NCBI GenBank assembly: GCA_038521595.1
Contig: JBCBKQ010000001.1
Coordinates: 36,507-100,506 of the forward strand
Length of the DNA stretch: 64,000 nucleotides
Reading direction: 5' to 3'
Origin: Cyanobacteria bacterium J06627_28
Lineage (GTDB): Bacteria; Cyanobacteriota; Cyanobacteriia; Phormidesmidales; Phormidesmidaceae
Shown piece after piece: positions 19,755-28,141 of this stretch. The notes under the pieces were generated by a model. It made no database searches. It was not told the DNA's origin and was given only the letters and a program-made list of their open reading frames with translations. Position 1 is the stretch's first letter; each line of letters starts with the position of its first letter. The translations under genes and the position numbers were made by a program.

Positions 19755-20699
19755 ATGAGTGAACGGGTAGGCTACGCCCTTAACACCATTAAGCAAGAGC
19801 ATGCGATCGCCATTTGGCGAATGCTCTCCGAATACTTTGAGACCCGCATCACCAAGAAAAACCTAAAGCTCACGGTTAGAACACTCTACAGAGATACCTA
19901 CGGCATCGCTGAACCTGCAGGGCCATGTCCAGAGGTGCCCTCGGCTAACGCAGCAACAGAAAATAGCCAGCTCACCATCGATCCATCACCCGATCCATCA
20001 CCCTTTTGTGACGTAGGACAAATCCAGAGCGACAATCACTTTTTTAATCGTCAAGAGATTCTCCAAGACATTATCTACCATCTAAAAAGTCACTGGAACA
20101 TTTCTCTCGTGGGCGAGCAAAAAATTGGGAAATCCTCTCTGCTGCTTAAGATCTGTCGAGCAGCACCAGCACTGCTAGGCCTCAACTCCGCTCAATTTAT
20201 TTATCTCAATATGGAACTCATCCATAACGAGAACATTTTGTTTCAACAGATTTGCAAAGCCATCGGCATCGAAACCTGCCGAGGCTATGACCTGCTAGAG
20301 GCCACTCAAAACAAAAAATACATCTTGTGCATCGACGAAATTGAGAAAATGGCCAAATTTAGCGGTGATGAACGCGGTGAACTGCGTGGCCTATCTGACG
20401 GCGAAGAAATGCCCTTCACGCTGATTACCGCCAGCCGCATCCCGCTAGAAAAACTCTTTCCAGACGATGCCTACTCCCCGTCTCCCTTTTTCAATATTTT
20501 TCAAACATTTACAGTCACCGGCTTCTCAGAAGCAACCACAAGCGCATTTATCAAACACCGACTCGAAGGCTGTCCGCTTCAGTTTACCGACATTCAAATT
20601 CGAGACCTGTTCCAAGAAAGTCGAGGTCATCCGGCCAAAATTCAGCAGTTAGCCCACGCACTCTATAGAAATCTGCTAGAGGGCGCACAGCAGTCATAA
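19755..20699 (+). CDS. AAA/STAND-like P-loop ATPase (AAA_35 / Arch_ATPase-like) with a small N-terminal helical domain
   Basis: Walker A GEQKIGKSS, Walker B YILCIDEIEK, and a distal SRGHPAKIQQLA signature related to the HGQPYLVQLIG motif of the neighbouring large protein. Confidence 0.7.
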   Translation: MSERVGYALNTIKQEHAIAIWRMLSEYFETRITKKNLKLTVRTLYRDTYGIAEPAGPCPEVPSANAATENSQLTIDPSPDPSPFCDVGQIQSDNHFFNRQEILQDIIYHLKSHWNISLVGEQKIGKSSLLLKICRAAPALLGLNSAQFIYLNMELIHNENILFQQICKAIGIETCRGYDLLEATQNKKYILCIDEIEKMAKFSGDERGELRGLSDGEEMPFTLITASRIPLEKLFPDDAYSPSPFFNIFQTFTVTGFSEATTSAFIKHRLEGCPLQFTDIQIRDLFQESRGHPAKIQQLAHALYRNLLEGAQQS

Positions 20700-20721
20700 C
20701 GAGGTCGACAACCTAGTGCAC

Positions 20722-20978
20722 AAAAAGCCCCTGATCAAGAATCCGTATGTCAGATGTGCTACGACTTTTGGCATCCGTTTTTTACGAGTATTCCAATTTG
20801 CGTTAGCTTTTTGTCACCAGAAAATACAAAATGACTGACCTTGAAGACAGGTGAGGTTGCTTATACTAATGGCTAATGGTGCGATCGCAAAAATCATTCA
20901 GCGCACCTATGGGCAGGCGTATTTAGTCCAGCTGATTGGCTCAAAAAATGTTCTAGGAGAACAGCTCGTGCACTCTTA
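20722..20978 (+). pseudogene. Decayed fragment of a paralogous ATPase gene
   Basis: The 20868-20978 reading frame gives MANGAIAKIIQRTYGQAYLVQLIGSKNVLGEQLVHS*. Its KIIQRTYGQAYLVQLIG aligns with KVVELTHGQPYLVQLIG of the 1049-aa protein. At 20722-20750 another frame reads KKPLIKNPYV, compared with KPLPLLNNPYI just before that protein's P-loop; this is a weak match. Confidence 0.5.
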
Positions 20979-21078
20979 GATTTGAAGAGACGCTAGCTCA
21001 AAAGCAAACAGCGCAAGGACATATAGTGACCGTATAGCGTTCAAAAGATAGCGCTTTAATCATCCATAGGCCAAGCAC

Positions 21079-24000
21079 TTGACGCTGCATAGGCTAAGCG
21101 CCAAGCGCCCCACATTAGGTGAGCTGTCGGCATTTCTGTCGGCATTGCTTGAGCCAGATAGACTATCCATACTCCAGTCCCTAATGCCCACATTTCCTGT
21201 CCCTCGCCATGAGATTCCAGCCTGTCTCAACCCTTTCAATTTGAGGCATTGGTGGCTATTGGCATATTGGGTCTACTGCTGTCCGAGCGAGCTTAAATAC
21301 TATCTGTATCGGGCAGACCCTGCATTTTATAGGGCCAAAACCAAACCATTCCTACTTCAAGCATGGCAAATCAAAGCCTACCGCAATCTCTGCCTCTGTA
21401 TTGTGCCGACGGCAGTGCTTTGCTTTGCTGCTTTTAGTCTGCCGATCTTATGGAAAACCCAGGGCCTCAACAACATTGCTTGGCAATCTTGCGTCTTAGG
21501 GTTTTTGATAGCGCTCTTTATGGGCTTCTTGCACTTACTCACCTATGGACCTGCGTTTGCCGCTTCTATGAGCAATGGTGCTGGCATGGCCAATGGCGTA
21601 ACCCTTGGGATGGCCGTCTCAGGGGCTCAGACCGTTATGCTCACCATACTGTTGGGCACATCTTTTGATTGGGACATTGGCACCTTAGTCAACGCCTCCA
21701 ATCTAAACAATAATACTGGGCTTGAGTTTATCCCACTGTTTAGCCTTGCCGTCGGGGTGGGCACTTTTCTGAGCATGGATAAAGTCGTCGGCGGGTTGGC
21801 TAGCCTACTCGTCGGGCTGACCTCTGGTGCGGGTACTTGGCTCTTACTAAAAGTTGTTGTTACCACAGTGCCCTCCATAGGGCTAACTTGCCTAGCGCTA
21901 GCTGCCATGGTGGGGCTATGCCTAAGTGGCAGCTATGGTAGCGCACCTACCATGGGGAGCCTACTGGTCGGCGCATCGATGACCGGGGCCATTATGGGCA
22001 TTGCTATTGTCGCCGGACTATCGCGCTCAGGCATTCCGATTGAGATCAGCATTCTATATGGAATTGCAGCTCTGCTTATTATTTGGGCTGGGATGTCGCG
22101 GTTCTTTCCTTTGTATGTGTTCTACGGGCTTTATCTCTCACTGGGGTCTATGCTCGCTTCTGTGTTTGGCGTGCAGATTATTCGCCGCCATCCCATCGAA
22201 TGGGATGAGCTGCTGATTTTACCGCTGCCAGGCGCTCAGCGGTATCTAGAACAAGTCTTAAACAAAAATGAAGCTCAGGGCATGGGCTTAATGGTAAGGC
22301 TGGCCAAAAACCCAATGCAAAGACCGATGGTGCAGCGCGTTTTTAAGAAATATCTATTGCAAAAAAATGAATTTATTCAAGCGCTCTATCTCTTTTTGCA
22401 AAATCCGATAGGAGATGACTACATTACGCCACCAAACTCCCCTGAAGATTGGGATCTTCTGCCAACGGGTAAACAGGTGTTGCTAGGCGAACTCAGCAGT
22501 AAGTGGGTAAATTGTGCAATTCAACCCTCTAGCTTGCAAGTAGAAAAATTTTTGGGCAGTCTTACTTGGTTTCAGCGAAATCATAAAGAACACGCCTATA
22601 TTGATTTTGCCAAGTTGCTCTATAGGCTGAGCTTTACTTTTAAAACCTATACACATACCTCAAATCTAGAAGAGCTAACGCCTAAATACAGTGATATCTT
22701 CTATCGCCCAGGGGGACAAGAAATCATCGAGTCTTTTAAGGCCGTTGTGACCTTTTCAAGCTACGAGCATCTGCATCAGCTAGCAACAGCAGAGCAGGCA
22801 GTTGTTAACCTACCGCCCGTACAGTCGGCGATTCGCCCGCAAATTATCGACACGCTCAATGCGCTAGCAGACATTGCCCAAGACATTACCATCGCTGAAA
22901 GCAGCCGTAGTTTGCTGTTGCAGCAATCGTCTTTACTACGGGCAAATAACGCCCTCGATAAACTGCGTCAAAAGATTGTGACTGACATCGTCTTACCAGA
23001 GACTAAGCTACTAGAGATTGTGATAGGGCGGTGGCTGAGGCTAGTCACAGAAACAGGCGGACAGGTCGGACGTTTGACGAAGCCGCTTCCGCTCTTGAAC
23101 AATCCATACATTATCGGCACTCCCGTTAAGGGAGAAGACTTTATTGGTCGAGATGACATCTTACGCTACATCACCGATGAGCTATTGGCAGGCACAAAGC
23201 AATGTCCGCCTATTGTGCTCTATGGTCATCGCCGTATGGGGAAAACGTCTATCCTTAAAAATCTCTCGACAAGATTAAAGTCAACTAACATTCGAGTCGT
23301 TGACTTTAATATGCAAATTGTGGGACATATTTCGAGTACAAACGAGCTTTTATATGCGCTTGCACGCCAGATAGCACGAGCTATACAAAGTTCTGACATT
23401 CTTTCGAAGATAGCCATAGACCGAACAACTTTTATAGAGCAAAATCCCTATCATGCCTTTAACAACTTTTTTCAGCGGCTAGAAAGTGCTTTAGCGTGCG
23501 CACAGTGTAACTATCGGTTTGTAATTGCGGTAGATGAGTTTGAAAAGATAGAAGAGAAAATTATTAATCAGCAGCTTTCAAAAGATTTGCTCGAATTTTT
23601 GCGAGGGCTCACCCAAACCTACTCGTGGTTTAGCATTATCTTTGCGGGCTTGCACACTATAGAAGAAATGTGTTTTGACTATTGGAGTCCTTTCTTTACC
23701 AGCATTCCTATCCGCGTTAGCTTTCTATCTGCACAATCAACAGAGCGGCTACTTCTGCAAGCGGGCGACATTGGCTACGACAGTAATGTCATTCCCAAGG
23801 TTGTTGAGCTTACCCACGGGCAGCCTTATCTTGTGCAGCTGATTGGCTATACGCTGATTCGTTTTTTTAATCGCAACCGATTAGAAAAACCAATAACTAC
23901 GTCCAAATATCCAGTGTTTAATGCGGATGATCTAGACGTTCTGATTTGTTCTCCAGAGTTTTACACCATTGGCAATGCTTACTTTCAAGGGGTCTGGCTA

Positions 24001-24228
24001 CAGGCGCAGCACGGCCAGCCAAGCGGCCAGACAGAAATCTTAAAGCAGTTGACCCTTCGACCTAGGTCTGAGGCGGAGCTTATAGAGGCGATCGCACTCC
24101 CACCAAAAATCATCATAGAAGCCCTCAGAACCCTACAGAGCCACGACGTTGTCCAGCAAAAAGAGAACCAGTTTAGTTACCAAGTAGAGCTGATGCGTCG
24201 ATGGGTCAAAGACTATCAGCTGGAATAG
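21079..24228 (+). CDS. Polytopic-membrane / helical linker / AAA-STAND-like ATPase / winged-helix fusion protein (1049 aa; TTG start uncertain)
   Basis: Residues ~95-370 hold at least seven Gly/Ala/Ser-rich hydrophobic segments. Walker A is GHRRMGKTS, Walker B FVIAVDEFEK, and the signature THGQPYLVQLIG. The C-terminal LTLRPRSEAELIEAIALPPKIIIEALRTLQSHDVV looks like a winged helix. Confidence 0.75.
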   Translation: MTLHRLSAKRPTLGELSAFLSALLEPDRLSILQSLMPTFPVPRHEIPACLNPFNLRHWWLLAYWVYCCPSELKYYLYRADPAFYRAKTKPFLLQAWQIKAYRNLCLCIVPTAVLCFAAFSLPILWKTQGLNNIAWQSCVLGFLIALFMGFLHLLTYGPAFAASMSNGAGMANGVTLGMAVSGAQTVMLTILLGTSFDWDIGTLVNASNLNNNTGLEFIPLFSLAVGVGTFLSMDKVVGGLASLLVGLTSGAGTWLLLKVVVTTVPSIGLTCLALAAMVGLCLSGSYGSAPTMGSLLVGASMTGAIMGIAIVAGLSRSGIPIEISILYGIAALLIIWAGMSRFFPLYVFYGLYLSLGSMLASVFGVQIIRRHPIEWDELLILPLPGAQRYLEQVLNKNEAQGMGLMVRLAKNPMQRPMVQRVFKKYLLQKNEFIQALYLFLQNPIGDDYITPPNSPEDWDLLPTGKQVLLGELSSKWVNCAIQPSSLQVEKFLGSLTWFQRNHKEHAYIDFAKLLYRLSFTFKTYTHTSNLEELTPKYSDIFYRPGGQEIIESFKAVVTFSSYEHLHQLATAEQAVVNLPPVQSAIRPQIIDTLNALADIAQDITIAESSRSLLLQQSSLLRANNALDKLRQKIVTDIVLPETKLLEIVIGRWLRLVTETGGQVGRLTKPLPLLNNPYIIGTPVKGEDFIGRDDILRYITDELLAGTKQCPPIVLYGHRRMGKTSILKNLSTRLKSTNIRVVDFNMQIVGHISSTNELLYALARQIARAIQSSDILSKIAIDRTTFIEQNPYHAFNNFFQRLESALACAQCNYRFVIAVDEFEKIEEKIINQQLSKDLLEFLRGLTQTYSWFSIIFAGLHTIEEMCFDYWSPFFTSIPIRVSFLSAQSTERLLLQAGDIGYDSNVIPKVVELTHGQPYLVQLIGYTLIRFFNRNRLEKPITTSKYPVFNADDLDVLICSPEFYTIGNAYFQGVWLQAQHGQPSGQTEILKQLTLRPRSEAELIEAIALPPKIIIEALRTLQSHDVVQQKENQFSYQVELMRRWVKDYQLE

Positions 24229-24272
24229 CGCTCTTTCTTATGCCTTCAATTTTGGTGCTTCATGCCAAGGCT

Positions 24273-26330
24273 TCAATTGGACGCTTCGTACACCGGATTC
24301 GCTAAGAAAACGTCCATTTTTTGATGTGAGATGGGGCGGCCCAAGTAGTAGCCTTGCAAAATATCTACGCCACAGTATCGGGCCTGCTTCAGCTGAGCTT
24401 CGGTTTCAATGCCTTCTGCAATGACCAGGTAGTCAAAAGAATGACAGAGCTGCGTGGTTTTTTGGAGCAGCTGCCTGCCTTTTTCTGCATTCTCTCTGGA
24501 GAACGCAACAATTTGACGATCTAGCTTGATTTCATGAGCGGGAATATCGATCAGCGATCGCAAACAGGCATACCCCGTACCAAAATTATCAATGGTAATG
24601 CGATGACCTGCCGCACGTAGCTGCTGAAGAGCCAGTGCGATCGCCGCTGTCTCTTTGACATAGGTTTGTTCACTAACTTCGATATTCAACAAAATTTGAG
24701 ACTGCTCTGCCTGCTGCACCAAAGACTGAACCGCACTAGCATCCGCCAAAAAATCGCTATCGAAGTTGATAGAAACAACCGGCACCGCCAGTCCAAGCTC
24801 ACGCCAGCGCAAAATATGCTCAAACACGAGAATAACTACTTTGCTATCAATAAACTTAGATAGTCCTTGCTGAGAAAGCAAAGGTAAGAACGTCGGCTCA
24901 AATACGTTTCCCTGCCGGTCTTGTAAGCGTAACAACGCCTCCAGCCCGATTACCTCTAGGGTTTTAGCATCCACTTTAGGCTGATAGTAAACGAGCAGCT
25001 GACCGTCGCGCAGCCGCTTGCGCAGCGTCTGAATCAGCGTCATTTCACGCAAACTATTTTGCTGCTGCCGGGTAAAAGAGCGCTGCTGTTGACTGTTTAA
25101 TACACGGTCTAAAAAACCATATGTTTGATCGACAAATAGCCGCTTCAGGCTCAGAGGTGCCCTGTGTTGACGAACAGCAAGACATAGAAACGGCCAGTAA
25201 ATTAAACCATCTAAAAAGATACAGCTCAGCTGTGTCAACACCGCCCACAGAGAGCCTTTGCTCACAATATACGCGTTATATAAAGGCATGGTCATCCAGT
25301 GCACAGTAGTGTCTTGAAACACCGCAAAAAATCCATGGTTTACCATAAACAACACAATGGACATGTTGACAAAAGGTACCAGGAAAAAAGGCACTAGAAA
25401 GATAGGGTTAAACAGAATAGGTAGGCCATAAAACAAGACTTCGTTGATATCGAACAACGCATATACGATACTGAGCTGACCAATAGACTTCAGCGGACTT
25501 AAACGCTTACTCGCTAAGAGCAAAAACGGAATCACAAACGTAGAGCCCGTTCCCCCAATATTCATAAACACATTGTGAAAATCAGCCATCGGTATGCCTG
25601 TATAGCCTGTCTTGGCCGGCAAATTATAAAAGACATGCAGCAAGCCTTCTGAGAAATGCTCACCGTGCACGCCGACAAACCAAGCACTCGACGCAATCAC
25701 CCTAAACAAAATGAGTTCTTGCAGCTCACTGAGATCAGCAAATGTTGGAGCCAGCGCAGTTAATACCGAGGTAGACATCTGCGCTAAAGTGGCAAACAGC
25801 AGATGCCCTAACACTTCGAACGACAAAATCGTCAGCAAACTAGGCAGCAGTAGCTTGAATGTCTGCTTCAGACGAGGGCTGATATCAGTAACATTTTGTA
25901 AAAGCCAGAGCGACGGAATATTAGATAAATACTGCCATAGCCTAACGGCACTCCAGGTAAAAATAATACTGGTAAAAACAGAACCGTTAATCGAGCCCAG
26001 CACCGAGCCATCTACACTGCTAAAGAGCCCTGAGCCTCGAATAAAGCAAACCATTGAGATCAAAATGGTGCTGATAGGAGCGAGCCCCTTGGCACTGGCG
26101 AGCAAGCTACTAAATGCCAGATTAAAAAATAGCGGGATTAAAAAGATGTAAACGTCATTAATCTCATTTCCATTGATTAGCTCAACGCCCAGCCAACCTT
26201 CTGCTTGTAAAAACCAGCTCACCCCAGAGAGCAAAACGATTGTGTTAATCGTTAAGGCGACAGGCAATAGAGAGAGAAAAGCCTCCCAGATGATGTGGAT
26301 ATCTTCAGGGATGGCGAACTTTTTGAGCAT
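24273..26330 (-). CDS. Membrane protein with a PTS-EIIC-like N-terminal permease domain fused to an EAL (c-di-GMP phosphodiesterase) domain
   Basis: About 400 aa of polytopic membrane domain, then EAL motifs: GLEALLRL, DNFGTGYA, IKLDRQ, VIAEGIET, QGYYLGRP. Confidence 0.8.
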   Translation of the reverse strand: MLKKFAIPEDIHIIWEAFLSLLPVALTINTIVLLSGVSWFLQAEGWLGVELINGNEINDVYIFLIPLFFNLAFSSLLASAKGLAPISTILISMVCFIRGSGLFSSVDGSVLGSINGSVFTSIIFTWSAVRLWQYLSNIPSLWLLQNVTDISPRLKQTFKLLLPSLLTILSFEVLGHLLFATLAQMSTSVLTALAPTFADLSELQELILFRVIASSAWFVGVHGEHFSEGLLHVFYNLPAKTGYTGIPMADFHNVFMNIGGTGSTFVIPFLLLASKRLSPLKSIGQLSIVYALFDINEVLFYGLPILFNPIFLVPFFLVPFVNMSIVLFMVNHGFFAVFQDTTVHWMTMPLYNAYIVSKGSLWAVLTQLSCIFLDGLIYWPFLCLAVRQHRAPLSLKRLFVDQTYGFLDRVLNSQQQRSFTRQQQNSLREMTLIQTLRKRLRDGQLLVYYQPKVDAKTLEVIGLEALLRLQDRQGNVFEPTFLPLLSQQGLSKFIDSKVVILVFEHILRWRELGLAVPVVSINFDSDFLADASAVQSLVQQAEQSQILLNIEVSEQTYVKETAAIALALQQLRAAGHRITIDNFGTGYACLRSLIDIPAHEIKLDRQIVAFSRENAEKGRQLLQKTTQLCHSFDYLVIAEGIETEAQLKQARYCGVDILQGYYLGRPISHQKMDVFLANPVYEASN

Positions 26331-26468
26331 CCGAAGTCAGTTGGTAGGTACGAAAGTAACAGCACCAAACCCCGACGATGTAGTCAGAAAAAGTAGTGCT
26401 AGTTCGCAGCTAAAGAGGCAAAAGTGAAGAGAAATCACCATAATTGACACACAAGGTGTGTATGGATA

Positions 26469-26510
26469 CTACTTTACTCCCTCCGTTCTAAAACGGAGGG
26501 AGTAAAGTAG
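26469..26510. promoter_or_regulatory. Perfect 19-bp inverted repeat in the divergent EAL / fabG intergenic region
   Basis: ctactttactccctccgtt (26469-26487), loop ctaa, aacggagggagtaaagtag (26492-26510). Confidence 0.5.
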
Positions 26511-27422
<912 letters not shown>

Positions 27423-27460
27423 GCATCAAATGCTGACTTGAACACAAAAGGTAGAAGACA

Positions 27461-27787
27461 TTGCGAAGGTCGTGGGAAATTCGAGGCTACGAGAATGACA
27501 AAGGGATACGGCCTTTTGAAGCCTGGATCTCAACGCTGAGTGAAGCAACGCGCATTAGAGTGGAAGAGCGTCTCGATAGATTAACCTACGGAAATTTTGG
27601 TGACCATAAGGCAGTTGGCAAAGGGGTATACGAGCCAAGATTATTTTTTGGCCCTGGCTACCGCATTTACTATGCAATTTCAGGTAAACGGATCGTTTTG
27701 CTGTTAGCGGGTGGAGACAAAAAGAGTCAGTCCAAAGATATTAGGAAAGCACAAAGCTACTGGAATCAATACCAATCGGAGCAATAA
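27461..27787 (+). CDS. RelE/ParE-superfamily toxin ('addiction module killer', HigB/Gp49-like); TTG start
   Basis: The pattern W...L......RIRVEERLDRLTYGNFGDHKAVGKGVYEPRLFFGPGYRIYY...GKRIVLLLAGGDKKSQSKDI matches the family as I recall it. Confidence 0.75.
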   Translation: MRRSWEIRGYENDKGIRPFEAWISTLSEATRIRVEERLDRLTYGNFGDHKAVGKGVYEPRLFFGPGYRIYYAISGKRIVLLLAGGDKKSQSKDIRKAQSYWNQYQSEQ

Positions 27788-27800
27788 GGACTCTTTAAGG

Positions 27801-28121
27801 ATGCCATCGTATAGCTATCGCAAAGCCCAGGTAGAAAAGTTGATCGCAGATGCTGACTATACCTCGCTGTACTTAGAGGTCTCCTTTAGCGAAGCGCTGA
27901 AAGACGGGTTTGTAGGTGGTTTCTTAATCGCCCTAGAAAATGCCGTGGAGGCCTCCAATCGCAGGGAAAGCAAACCGACTAAAGCAGATATTTTGAGACA
28001 ACAACTTTATGATGAGCTCAACCCCCAAGAAGATCTCACAATTGAGACGGTGAAGAGTGTCTTAAAAAAGGTTGGTCTCACTCACAAACTCAAACCAGAA
28101 AGCACCCCAGTCTTTAGCTAA
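27801..28121 (+). CDS. Putative cognate antitoxin (addiction module antidote-like), 106 aa from ATG 27801
   Basis: It sits immediately downstream of the toxin. The N-terminal pattern (SYRKAQVEKLIADADYTSLYLEVSFSEALKDGFVGGFLIALENAVEA) resembles antidote proteins paired with this toxin family. I did not clearly see an HTH. Confidence 0.55.
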   Translation: MPSYSYRKAQVEKLIADADYTSLYLEVSFSEALKDGFVGGFLIALENAVEASNRRESKPTKADILRQQLYDELNPQEDLTIETVKSVLKKVGLTHKLKPESTPVFS

Positions 28122-28141
28122 AGAGTTAATAGCCACCTACA

